From positions 4,836,001-4,900,000 of the forward strand of contig NC_135767.1 of the NCBI RefSeq assembly GCF_052425735.1: a stretch of 64,000 nucleotides of DNA, given 5' to 3'. Below are positions 1 to 13,000 of this stretch, piece by piece. Made by a program: the position numbers and the translations under genes. The notes beneath the pieces are model-generated. The model worked only from the letters and a program-made list of their open reading frames with translations. It was not told the DNA's origin and did no database searches. Position 1 is the first letter of the stretch. Each line of letters starts with the position of its first letter. Origin of the DNA: Oculina patagonica. Lineage: Eukaryota.

Positions 1-446
1 AAGAAGTACGTTGTTGTGCTGCGTCGGAGGGCAAGTGAAACGCTTAGTTGATTACCATCCGCCGTAGCGAATTTGGAAAGGCTAACGTTTCAAGCGTTGG
101 CCCGGGTATAGCTATGTCGGACTGGCTATCACCACGCACCCAGCTTCTCTGTGCACCACGCTGCAGACGTTTCCAACTAAGCTGTGTGTAGCCATGAAAC
201 AAAATGAAACCAAGTCTTCAATTTTTACAAACGTGTAAAGTAAATGCTTGTTAAGTGAGTAAATGCCCGGGTATAATGTGGACAAATATCAAAGAAATTA
301 TTAAAACCATTGGAAAATAAGCAACTTCAAGTTGCTTAGCTAAGTTTCGTTTGTACAGGCAGCGCCGTTTCTCAAAAACTGTTCTTTTCCGGCTTTTGAT
401 CGCATTAGTTTAGTCATGGAAGTTCACGATGTTGTCTTTTTCTTAG

Positions 447-3400
447 GCCATCACTCAACCCAGCTCAGGAAGAAAACAGAAAAATGAAGACCGCAGCTCG
501 TCTTCTCCGTTGGGTATCATAGCAGGCGTGACTGTTTCTATCACACTCGTACTGCTGGTTGTTGTTGCTGCTATTTTTATCTATCGACGTCGAAAATCTA
601 GGTAACTATGCATTTTGTACATTTTCCATTAACAGTATATTGTATAAATCCATGTATATTACCATGCAAGAGTCTTTAAACAATCCTAAAATGAAATAAA
701 AATTAAATAGGGAAGGAATAAGTTTTCAAGTGATGTGCAGATTAAAAACGTTTAAGCAGAGTTGCTTTCTCATAATATATCTCTCGAAACGGGTTTTTAA
801 GCCACTTATTTGCTCCCCGGATACAAGCTTTCCCAGTTATAAGTTCACGGAAAAGCCTTTATGAAGTTCTATAAGCCCACACTGAAGTCCAGGGCTTATA
901 ACTGGATTCTACCGTATGCTATGTATTTGGTGCATATCCACGTACATTGAGATTTCGATCAGTTTATCCTTGACTGGAGTTCTTATGTAAGAATATTCCA
1001 GTTTTGTAGAACGATTTTTAATTTTCTTTTTACAAAGTACTAATAACTACATGGATCCATTATTGTTCACAGAAAAGATGCTCATAAAAGTACCTCTGAA
1101 CACACCGACAAGGTAATAAATTATATTTTAAGTGAATACAATTTTATCACGTGGCCAACATCGATGAAAATTTATTGGAACAAAAAGAAGTGTTTACATA
1201 AGAAAAGACTTCAAATCCCACAGGATTGGCTTGGTACATCAACATGGCCACCGTTTGTTGTTTTGGAACACCAATATGGCCACCGTGATGTCACGTGAGC
1301 ATACAATGTATATTTTGAAAACTCTTCGTGGACCAAGAACTGAGAACTGTGTATAATTGCATGAAAAACAAATCTTTAGTTAGTAAACTTGGCTTCGGAC
1401 CGTACTTTGTCTTAGGTTGTCGACTCGAAAGTCCCTAAAATGAAAAAACAACATGCGAGTTTGTTTTAATCCTATGTAATCCTATGTAATCACAAAAAAA
1501 CATAGTTTGTTAAAGGTTTGTCGCTGACTGTGTTTTGATGTTATTTTTTAAGACGTTTCGGCTATTGCTTAAGCCTTCATCAGTTAAAAAATCAAAGCTT
1601 TCACACGCGATTTAAAAATGGCAACACGTTAGCGCGCGCTTTAAAAATAACGGAAAGTTAAAAGGGGTGGGATGATAGCATGGTCGTTCCCAGAGTGCGG
1701 ATCCTTAATGGACAACCAGGCTTCCAAAAAGAGTCGCTTGTGAATCGGTGAGGTAAAATCATATGGTGATTATTTTCATGTACATGACAGGAGATCTTTG
1801 AGTCGTGGTCGAACATGGCAACTACCCTTTTGTGTTCCGCAATCCGGGTCTTTATTGGTCGCTCCGTTTGACCGTAGTATACAAAATTACAGTTGGTGCA
1901 ATTGATTTTGTAAACTACGCCAGATCTTGGGCGGTCAACATCATTTTGAGCCTTTGGGCGCGGAAACAAACATGTTCACAGTTTTTAGCGGTTTGTAGGC
2001 GACTTTGATCTCTTGCTGTCTCAAAATGCGGCCAATCTTTTCATAAATGCCTTGAACATAAGGAAGTACCACGAAGCCATTAGTTGGTAAATCTGCTTGT
2101 GGTTGTGACAGTGATCTCTCACACTTGCTTATAAAGGATGGTGGATAGTTGTTCTCGCGCAACACCGACTTCACTCGTTTTGTTTCTTTTCGTTTTCCTT
2201 CTTGTGTTGAAGGAAAGTTCTTTGCCCTTTGTAGCAGTGTGCAAACTACGGATCTCTTATGACACACAGGGTGATGAGAATTGAAGTCAAGGTATCGGTC
2301 TGTATGTGTTGACTTCCTGTAGACATTCACTTCAATTTGTGTGCCACTCCTTGTTGTGATAGTGTCCAAAAAGGGTAGTCCCTGCTCCGTGGTGTCCTCA
2401 AGTTCAACAGTGAATTGTATGCTGGGATTTATGGAGTTTAGATGTTGATGAAACTCGTTAACATGTTCCTTTTTGAGGCATGCGTGACTATCATCCACGT
2501 AGCGGAACAACCACTTAGGAGGGTGACGAGCTGTGGTGATCGCAATTTCTTTAATCTCCTTCATTACAAGGTCAGCTATAACAGGGCTGATCGGGGAGCC
2601 CATCGCACATCCAAAACAGTAGATGTTATCGTGTTTGAAATAGTTTTGCTTAAGAACAAATTCTAATAGTTTCATGATGTTGCTGATGGACATATTTGTG
2701 CGATCTGCTAGATGTTGATCTTGGTAGAGCCTCTCGTTTGTAATGGTTAGAGCCAGGTTCACAGAAATAGAAGTGAATAAAGACTTGACGTCAAAAGAGA
2801 CCATTATCTCATCACTGGTGACGGACTGTTGGCGGATCTGCAGCGCAAATTCTGAGCTGTTCTTGACTGAAAATCTATTCCTCCGGAGAGGAGATAGAAT
2901 GGAAACCAGGTGCTTGGACACAGCGTATGTCGGGCTACCTATGCTACTGGTGATGGGTCTGAGTGGTCTCTCAGGTTTGTGGATTTTTGGGAGACCATAG
3001 AAAGATGCTGGTGTGGAATTGTTGCAATGTAGCTTTCTGTATAGTTCTGGTCCAATTTGGGATGTTCCGGCATTCTTTTCCTCTCTGATGTTAAGCAAAA
3101 GTTTGTTAAGGTCCCTTTCGACGCTAGTTGTTGGGTGTGACCATGTTTGGTTCGTGTAAAATGTCAAAAATTCTCGCTCCCATCTTCGTGTTTAAAAAAA
3201 TTGCCAAGATCAGCTGTCGATAGCGTCAGATGACCAATTTAGTAATCCAAAAAGCTCCTAAATCCAAGATGAATTTAAAATATAAAAATGGTTTAAACAG
3301 ATCTAAAAATATAAAAGGATACTCTAAATTTTCGATCGCCTTCTGCGGTCTTCTTCAGAGAATGATGGATTTTGCAAGGTTCGCAGAGCCCCCAGGGGGG

Positions 3401-5145
3401 CAACGAACAATAACGTCAATGCAACTTATTAGAATTCTGCGAACCTTGCAAAATCCATCATTCTCTGAAGAAGACCGCAGAAGGCGATCGAAATTTAGAG
3501 TATCCTTTTATATTTTTAGATCTGTTTAAACCATTTTTATATTTTAAGCTATGACCACAGATCGCTCCAGCAGTTTTATTTCAAAGATGAATGTTTTTCA
3601 TCCAGGCGTGAGCAAACACAATTATATCCAATCTCCATGGCAGACCCCTCTCATTTGCTGGGAGGGAAGGATCTGGGAACAAGATCGTGCACATTAGAAT
3701 GAAATGATAGTATGATGATACAAACGTGAAGCTTTGAAGTTGGATTGAGTTACCAGTTTCGAACGTTCTTCCCAATGCCTTCTATGAACTATGTGTTTCA
3801 TTATGCTTGTCAGAAGGTTCTCCATTTTCAGTGCTCTGTAATACAAATTGACTGGTTTCTTTCACTTTGTTTTACTAGAACACAGTGACAAGCAAACCGA
3901 AGAAAAACTCAGCGTTTCAGCTGGAAGAACAGAATGGTTTCGTCAAAAACAACGTCAAGGAACCGTTTGAATGTAGGCATACATAGAATAAACTAGTTTT
4001 AATAACAGCCGTTTGAAACCAATTTCTTATTTAAGTTTGAATATGCATGTGATCCAGTCAAACCGCTTTTTAGGCGACGTTTGGTTAAAAAACAAATGTA
4101 CTTATTGGTAGTTTTACTTTTTCTAGGTAAAATCAATGTCCCATAATATCAAGAAATTTAATTAAGCATGTGCAAGTTCTACGCATCAAAAAGAATCAGA
4201 ACCTAACTCACAGTCTAGTCTTCTTCGTAACTGTTATTAGCGTCGTCATGCAAGACTTATCTTAGCGTTGGGTGGTGACCTAAAAAACGGCTGCGAATAA
4301 GGCGAGGTCTGATCGCTTCATGCAACATGTGCATAAAGTGAACGCACGAAGTAAAGCGCCAACGTGCATCAATCCTTTTACCCGGACGTTACCTTTTTTT
4401 AAAAAGTCTTTGTATCGCTTGATTGTTTTTGTTTTAATTATACCTTAATTTTTCTACAAGGGACATTTTAATTATATTGTGTTATTTGTTTTCAGCAATT
4501 AACACTCCAAACTATGATGCACCTCAGCAGCAGGTTCGACATGGAACATTACGTAACCAGCAGACCACGTCATCGCAGGAAAACTCTCAATCAGGCGGTT
4601 TATACACTGCGCTTAATATTCCGGACGGACACAATATCTATGGGCCCAGAGGAAGTCAGGAGGAAATGTCCCAAAATTATGGCTTTTGTAGTGTAGAACA
4701 ACCTGTGTACAATGTCCTGGAGGACCTATCAGTGAAGGACTCTGGGGAAACTGTCAATAATGGCCACAGTGACCCAGAACCAGTGTACAACGTTTTGGAG
4801 CAACCTTATGCAGAAGGCCCAGAGGGACCAGCATGGTATGGCTCTGTACCTGTGCACGGTCCAGTGTACCGCAACACTCTGGAGGAACCTTATCAATACA
4901 ATGGTTCTCCAAGTACAAGTGAGCCGGTTTATAATGTTCTCGAGCCGCCCGACCGTGGCGGTACAGGAGGGGCTGATAGTTATGGTCCCTCAGGTGGCCA
5001 AGACCCAGTGTATAACGTGCTGGAGGGTCCTGTTACTGATCAATCAAGCGGAGATGGCCTGTATTCAAACAGCTTGGAGGCTCAAGACCCTGAAAGTTGT
5101 TACAACATCCCAGTGTATGCAGTGGTCAACAAAAACAAGAAATGA
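447..5145 (+). CDS. Receptor paralog A (5'-partial): single-pass membrane protein with Tyr-motif-repeat tail
   Basis: Frame-consistent GT-AG exons 447-601 (TM LGIIAGVTVSITLVLLVVVAAIFIY-RRRK), 1073-1112, 3879-3972 and 4496-5145 (PVYNVLE repeats, ends IPVYAVVNKNKK*). Exons and introns align to genes B and C. Ectodomain exons lie upstream of the window. Confidence 0.85.
1473..3167 (-). mobile_element. Penelope-like retroelement, 5'-truncated (RT + GIY-YIG endonuclease, frameshifted)
   Basis: ORF 1941-3167 has the RT motifs SFDVKSLFT, GCAMGSPISP, FRYVDD and LPFLD. ORF 1658-1969 has the GIY-YIG motif GVVYKINC..C..VYYGQT. The paralogous intron of B (~15430-15445) shows the empty site. Confidence 0.92.
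1543..1592 (-). ncRNA. Minimal type I hammerhead ribozyme in the Penelope 3' repeat
   Basis: Minus strand reads ATTTTTTAA-CTGATGA-A-GGCT-TAAGCAAT-AGCC-GAAA-CGTC-TTAAAAAAT: intact core, 9-bp stem I, 4-bp stem II, palindromic ACGT mini-helix III and GUC cleavage triplet. Confidence 0.8.
3275..3583. mobile_element. Fold-back insertion with ~110-bp inverted arms, each carrying a hammerhead-like core (probably Penelope-derived)
   Basis: Near-perfect inverted repeat ~3275-3386 / ~3436-3547; flanking AAGATGAAT duplication; absent from the paralogous sites in B and C; CTGAAGA...GAAA in each arm. Confidence 0.65.
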
Positions 5146-5169
5146 CATTATAAAGAACATCTTAAAAGG

Positions 5170-5544
5170 AAGGTCCCCTGTTTTATGAGTCAAATGAGTC
5201 CATGAGTCATGAGTCATGAGTCAATGAGTCAAGCTGATTTTTACACAAAGTAGGATATTATCTATTGAACCATGGTTTACCTTTATACAAGTAAGCTTAC
5301 AAGCACTTCAGATTGCTTACGGTTAGTTCTACTCTGGTTTGCTTGCGGTCAGTTGCACTCCCGTTTGCTTGCCGAGTTAGTTCCACTCCGGTTTGCTTGT
5401 GGTTAGTTCCACTCTGGTTTGCTTGCAGTTAGCTTTAATTTGTTAGTAAGGGTAGCACTATTTTCAAATTTATAACTCTAATTTAAGATTTGACTCATTG
5501 ACTCATTGACTCATGACTCATTGACTCATAAAAACGTTAGTCTC
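5170..5544. mobile_element. MITE with 9-bp TSD (Mutator-like) and TGAGTCA-repeat arms
   Basis: CTTAAAAGG duplicated at 5161-5169 and 5545-5553; single copy at the equivalent site in C; inverted subterminal TGAGTCA/TGACTCA arrays; internal ~24-bp tandem repeats. Confidence 0.75.
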
Positions 5545-7728
5545 CTTAAAAGGGACATGCTTCCATACGTTTTAAGCAGTAGCAATTAATCTGAGAAGGG
5601 CTATATGTCACAAAACGTTGCGATGTAACGAACGAATTATCTTTAAATCAAAGGAAATCAAGCATAAGATTATAATTCACTAATACCCCATTCGCACCAC
5701 AGATAAAACACATTTGTTTGCATTTTTTATGTTTTTTTAAAATACCTGTTTTCATGAAGTTGCTATTTGATGTTTGTCGACTTTAAATTTAGCATGATTA
5801 AAGTAAAAATTAGAGCTTAGTCTTGAACCCTATGAACAATTCAGTCTCTCAGATTTCAGTTGCTGAATTTCATTTCGTCAAACCTGCAATCATGACCCTA
5901 AAACATACCACTTCAGCACAACTATTTTCGAGATATTAAGACTGGCGGCCCAAGCAAGAATGACCAACTTGACAGCTTAATCGAAAAGAATGCCGAAAGA
6001 TTTAATCACCTCTGTCAATGCAAACGTCTGCGACGTGATTCTTGTCTCAAATGAGTTAAACTCATTTTGAATTCTCCTTTCTTCTCGACAAGTCTCGGTT
6101 ACAAATGAAATTTTATCAAATCATCTCATGCTGCATGTCCAGCACTTAGCAAGTCAAGTGTTTTATCTGGTCGAGTACTTTGTGTCTGAAATCACGCTCT
6201 GTTCTTGGGCAAATTAACTAAGTACCTTTTGTATTCGAGACCTTGTGTACTGACTAACTTTTCTCTTCACGTAAATGTAAATGTAAATCTGCATTTCCTA
6301 TTGAAATGTCATCAACTCTAAGACCCTCAAGCGCGTTTTGATGTTTTCGCGTCATCATTACCTACAAAATACCTATGGGCGTTCAGGGATGAAACGTCAT
6401 CATTACCCAACGACTCCATGCGACCCTGCTCAAGTAAATCGAGATTTTATTTGGAATATGAACTGTATACTCTGACTGTAAGTTCACCTAATGACGGGGA
6501 TGCTAGTAGTCTCGCTTATGGGTGTATATTTCGGATTTTTGGTCTTGCTTTGAGTGTTCCGGGCAAAACGCCAATATTTTTAGTCATAATGGTCTCGTTT
6601 AGGCATACACGCGAAGAAAATATAAAAATATACATTCTATTCTTAGTTTTTTGCTATCTTTTAAGGGGTAAAGAAAAGGTTGAGCCACACCCAGATTAGT
6701 CTCTTTTAGGGGTTCTTTTCAAACTTTCCGACGAGCATCACCGTCCGTTTCATATAGGAGTTCCCCCCCCCCAGCTCTTTGGTCTCTTAGGTCCTCTTAC
6801 CTTCTGGGCAAAAGTGCAGCGGGGGAAATAACGCGTTTTACACAGGGAAAACAGGGAAAACAGCTAAAAAGGAGCTCAAATTCTCTCTGGAAATCGCTTC
6901 TTTTCAGGAAACAGACAGGTGAGCTTATTCAAAACTTATCCAGCAATCTTTAGTGTCGATTTTGGTCGCAAAAAGGCGAGAAAGAAGAGAGTTCAAAGCG
7001 GTTTCATAAAGCGAGTTCAAATCGTTTCGTGAAAGAGTTCGCCACCCTTGTCAATTATTATTAAGAATAGAGAAAATTAGCACATCTGAAATCCGCTCGC
7101 ACACAAGACAGCTCAGCATACGACAACAGTGCTGTCGTGTCTATCGACTACTCATAAAGAAAAACAACACAGAAAACGAACGGAACCACGTGGATAATAT
7201 TCTTTTATTTATTAATTCAATTTTTCGACTGTTGTGGTCTCCCTGTGGTTGCTATGCATAGCCTAAGGCATTTACAAGAGTTATATAGCATGCTTAAGCG
7301 CGGATTTCCCTCGAATGTAGTTTTCATCGCAAACGACTCATCGAAGAGCAATATTACTGATACAATGTGTCTATACTCTCAGAGAAAGTGGAGGAAAAGA
7401 ATTACTTAAGCTAAGCCAAAAATAGTTATCGGTGAATAAATCGCTTCTTTTTATTTATCTTGCGGAAATGAATTGTAATATCGAAAGTTTCGAAAGTATT
7501 TTTTGAACAAAGAATATTACTGAAGCACAACGAATGAATAATAATAGTGATGTTTCGAACTCTGGGTTGTCGGCTGTACTTTTGAGCGATTAGACGTCAG
7601 GCGAGAACTTAAACCGACTCAACTGAAAGCCGAGTGCCCTCCTTCCTTGATAACAGCTTTACTATCTCTGGATTGTAACAACCAGTCTGGAAAGCTCATA
7701 TGATATCAAGCCTCTTTGTATTAGAGAC

Positions 7729-10045
7729 ATGAAGATATCACTTACGAAGGCCTTGATAACGTTTTTACTTTACATCGACGCAACGTTCCCAGAGAGTATT
7801 GAAATTACCAGGTTTATACCAGAAAGGGATCTTAACAAATGGAAAAAAGTTGAAGATTCGTTTGACATACCTCAGTCAGTATGTCATGAGGAGAGCAGTG
7901 GATATGGAGATTATTGCAATACATCTTGCACGATTAAAGAGGTGGCAGGAGGTCAGGGTCCCTACTCGTGCCAATGTTCTGACAACAGCGCTACTACAGT
8001 AGCTTATTTGGAAAACAGATGGAGATGCCTGGGAAATCAAGAGGCGCGAACCCAACTTGGTGAGTTGTTTGTTTTATTTGTAGGTACGTGCACAAACACA
8101 CATCCTCGCAGTGCGTCTGTGTGGAACACAAGGCCTTCACACGCGATTGCGCCAGGCCAAACTGTCTCGCCTTTTTTTCACTTCCAGTGTCATGTTTCTT
8201 CAGCTCACTTTGCATCGTCCTTCTCCTCATACTCTTTGTAGGACAAGAGCGTAGATGATATTAGTCTACTTACATGATCATGAAATGATACTTTAACTGA
8301 TGAAAATCTTGGGGAAACTAATTTGTTTCAGTAATTACTAAGAAATCTTTATTACGTTCAAAGCGAAATTTGCCGTACTGCGGAAGTTCATATGCTTTGC
8401 AACATGCAGCTATATACGTAGCGCCTGATATTGTTAAATATTGCCTTGTATTGACACTTCATTTATTTTGTATTTGTTAAGTCATCACTACTAAGACAGA
8501 CTGAAAGCCAATATGTATTTCCTTAAGCTCCGGTATGTTGGAAACCCCGGAAACTGAAATATTATTAGAAGTTGTGCTAAGATTAGTCTAACATTTTCGT
8601 ACATGGTAATATATAAATATATCTATATCTTTGTCTTTGTCTTTCCACATCGAGGCTAGATTGAAAATGGAATTTGGATTTTACCAGCGACTTAAAAACT
8701 ATTTTGAATAATTATTAGGCTCATAGCTGCTGTGAGTGCACTGATCTTTCTGTTAATGTTGGCCAAACGAAACAATAATAAAGACCCCAAAATAAACAAG
8801 GATGGTTTCAGCTGGTAAAAGACGGATTACTAACTATGGTACGGGAAACTTAAAAAAATAAATTCAAAATGTGTTGTTCGTGTAAGGTGGCAGCACTGTG
8901 TCATTCACTGATCGTCTGATCGATTTGCGTTTTATCTCCGAACGAATGCATGGAAGACAGCTGAAGCTTTTACCGTATCAGCATGGAAGGCTAATGATCC
9001 CAAAAATTACAATGAGGGCCAGTATTTCTTCTAATTTTTCAAGTAGCTCGGTTTCCTTTGTTCTTTTTAGGGGAGTATATTACAAAACCCCTGATTATTA
9101 TTCACTGTCGGAAAAGTTGGTAGCGGCTTTGATTGTAACAGGGGAGTGTGGGGCTAAAACAATAGCTGATTACAATAGCAGACCCCTGCTCTCCCCAACA
9201 TATTTAACCTTCCCAGAAAGTAAAAAAAAAATTACAGACGAAGTGCAAATTGCCAGTAAATACTATACAATTTGTTCAAGTTTCTTACGTCATTCAGCGG
9301 CAAATAGAAACAGCTACTCTTGTCTACGTCTTCCGGGCACTTATTTATATACTTATTATACAAGTGCAGTACACACCATTCTGGATTTGTAATGTTTTCG
9401 TGTTGTTCAAACGCTTTCGCGTTAATTCTGCGATGCTTCTGACCACCGCCAAAGTTCTTTTCTCAAACAATGTGTACCTTGGTCGAATACGCTCCTCCTC
9501 GTCCCCCTCTATAACCTGCAGTTGTGCGAACGTAAAGCTTCTGTGTTCTTCACCACAACGAAGAGCAGAGAACTCTTCTAACTAATTTGACAATAGTACC
9601 TCTAAAGAACTAAATTAAATCTCTTTTGCATTAGGAAACGTCGCCAAGAGAAAAATAAGCATGTTATTTACTTGTCCCTCGGGGGTATGTGATATATTCA
9701 TCTGGTACCAGGTGAATATGTCACATACCTCCTCATTCCAAGTAAATAACCCCCTCATCTATCAAATGCGTCATTGATAGCATACTTCTCTGGAACTATT
9801 ATTTTTGGCAACGGTGTAAAAAACATACACTGAGGTCAGTAATAAACTTAGAGAAATATAATGTCACATAATAGGGATGTACCGGCTGTGTGCGTCGCAA
9901 GATTTGGCCAGTCACTAAGCCCTATATTTGAACCGATTGGCCTCGCAACAAGGAAGAAAGCAATTTGGAGCGTAGAGTTTACAGCATTTGTTCATTTTGT
10001 TTTCAGCCTCTGGGGATAATTATTCCACCATGTTGGGGCGACGTA

Positions 10046-10077
<32 letters not shown>

Positions 10078-13000
10078 GGCGCACGCGCCCGCGAACCATG
10101 CCGCTGGCCATGATGACCATGAAAAACCAAAACATGGTTCTATACATTTTCTATGGGAATGGGGCTCTGTTCTGCGGTCCTTCGGGCCGCTGGGAGTTCC
10201 GCTAAAATATTCCTGTCTGTCTGAAGCCAAGTGCGTACTTAACTTTTGAGCTTATCGAGTCTGCCTGGTTATTATATTTAAGGGCCAAGGTATTTCTTGG
10301 CATTAAGTGATTTTCTTCCTTCTTGTTTAATTATGAGCTGTACCGTATTTATTCGATTAAGCGCCCACGCTCACCTCGAATAAGCGCCCACCCGGTAGGT
10401 AGGAAAAGTTAATAAGCGCCCAGTCTCAAATAAGGGACGTCGACTGTGCAATAATTATCGGGAGGGGAGGGGGGGGGTGCGAAAGATGAGCCTCACAAGG
10501 AGAAATATTACACGATACCCCCTCTTAACAAAGGCAAATTAGCTCTGACCCCCCTCCAAATCTCCCAAAAATTATGACGAACCCCTCCCCGTAACCACCA
10601 CCAACAAATATAATAAATATACCTGAATCCTTTACTTGCTTTGTACTGAAACGCATTCGACATCAGTGTCTGGGCAAAGGGTACCTCGTAACTGTGTTCG
10701 ATAAGGTCGCCCATTTCTGAAGAGTTTGATTGTGTATCGTCTTCTGAGTCACTGGATTGTAGCTCAGAAGCACTAGTTGCGTCATTGTCTTCGGGTCAGT
10801 ATTTGATGAGCAGTCTGAACGTAACGTAAAACACGAACTACTACTTTCCCTCCACTGACCTGTAAATTGTGTTGCTTCAAGTACAATCTTAACTTAATTA
10901 AACTTGTAACGGCAATAAAATATTCCTTAACAGAAGAAATCACAGCAAAACAACGAACTAAGACGATTTAGGAGTATAATAGGCCAAGATTTCCATCAAA
11001 CTGAGATAAATTAAACATTTTCTTTTTCCATATGCATTTGATTATTCCCTTCAATGAATAGGCTGCAAGATGAATACGTTATTTAATAATGAAGACAAGG
11101 AAGACAAACTACGCACGCTTGAAACCACGAGGGAAAGGAAAACAAAACTAAAAAATCGTCAAGCTAATTGCCAAGTTAACGTCAGCTCATCCTGGTTCAT
11201 TGGATGTGATGGGAAAATGGTTCCTCTTGAACGACAAACTAATAGAACAAGGGATATTTTTCGTCTTCGATGGGTTTTACGGAGAGGAGCCTATTATATA
11301 GGGGTAAGAATTAGTTTAGTTTTTGTTAGCCTGCAGAACAGGCGGTTGCGTTTAATTGTGTAATTAGCACTCTGTTAGTTAGAAGGACGAGCAAAATAAA
11401 CTAGGATTTAGGCTGTGAGAATATTGTAAAAGTCCGGGACATTTTAAGATTGCTGCACCGAATTGTCCATATTGCTGTGCCCTCAGCAGCTGTTATTTTC
11501 CAGTGAAGGAACAGCATTTTTGACACTTCTGCAACATTCTCAGCGCCCGAAAATAAACTATTTCGAAACTGAAGACATGAACATGCACACAACGCCGGAG
11601 TCAAAAATTGTTAAGGAGCGAGTGGCATCCGACAATATAACTGCCTTAGAGGGAAATTTATCACTCGACTGATTTCAGGCGTACGAATAAGCAGATTTGG
11701 AATAAGAAAATAATGTGTGGAAAGGCTTTATGGCGTTTTGTTGCAAGCAACACAATCAAATGTCTAGATCTCCAGTACGTACAGAACCTTGATCAACCTT
11801 CTTACAGGTTAGTGCATTTGTGGTCATGTATATGTATCAGTTTCGAAGTTATTCTGCGTATTTGGGTGTTTTTAATGAAATCTGAGTTACATGTAACAGT
11901 CAAACGACATCTTTCTCAGATTTAACTGTGATTTTGTGTGATTTTAATTGAATGTAGTTTTACGTTCTTTTTAACAAGAAATACATTTCCGTTTACTGTA
12001 ACAGGTCGTTGAGCCAGTTGACATTTTCCGAGGACGAGTTATCAATCTAGGTATCAGCTGCTCCCATCCCCTATCTAACACCGAAGAAGGTTGTCTGCTA
12101 TTTAAACTGGAAGGAAGCTTTAGTTGTAAGTTGATGTGTTGTTATTTTTAAACAGCTTTAATTTTCCCTTCAGTTTTCTTAGAATGGATAGACTGCTCCA
12201 GTATTAACAACTTGTCTTCAATGACAGGTCCTGTAGAAAGATCAACTGGTCCCATCTTTTCCTCGACGTTAAATCCCACAACGTCCACTTTGGAAGTAAA
12301 GTCGAAGTCTACTGTAAGTGCAGCATTAACTCAACACCTATTTCTAACCAGGAACTGGGGTGTCCAGGTGGTTAGTGCATGTATGAATCGATTAGGTTGG
12401 GTTCGCGCCCCAGCCGGGGTCATTGTGTTCTTTTACTCAAGGTACTGGTAACACGGCAGGGGATGGGAGTGGGGGGGGGGGGGGGGGTGGTGGCAGAAAT
12501 ACTCCTAATCATTTTCTGCTAGAATATCGGAGTAAAGGTCATTCCTCTGAAATAGAACCTGCACTGAGATTGTCGACAAAATTTGCCTATTAGTTATTGT
12601 TATTTTCACTGTCACGCAACAAAAATACCAATTGAATCAAGTCAAGACGATAAGCTTGTGTTTGAATATGTTTTTATCAGTCGTCACTTCCTATTTCGGA
12701 CTCTTTACTGTCTTAAGGTTGTTGGAAACAAGGCAAATATGCCCAAACTACGTGTATTAAATTCTTAGTGGCCGCTCGGGACGTCCGAAAGGCGGCCGCG
12801 GCCGCTTAATAGAGGTGGCCGTTAAATAAGGGTTTTATTTACAGTATTTTACTCTGGCAATACTATAACTCATTTAACTTTTTCTTTACAGACACTTTTA
12901 GGGACAGCTACTAGAGTATCAATTAGCCCAACTCAGGTACGAGTTTAAATCTAACTGAGAACATAATCATGTAAATTGCCTACAAGTACTTAGGTGACAA

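Noticed and set aside
3230-3529. 99-aa ORF
   Set aside because: A chance frame across the fold-back insertion.
4760-5188. Overlapping alternative-frame ORFs in the tail exons (also 18542-18808, 46693-46941, 60627-60944)
   Set aside because: Shadow frames of repetitive coding sequence, with extents inconsistent among paralogs.
8539-8559. kB-like plus IRF-like motif TGGAAACCCCGGAAACTGAAA in intron 1
   Set aside because: Short motifs; their presence in C is explained by recent duplication, and the kB-like half differs there.
8898-9585. 164-aa and 111-aa ORFs in intron 1 of B
   Set aside because: Non-ATG starts, no protein-like features, and not preserved in the aligned intron of C.
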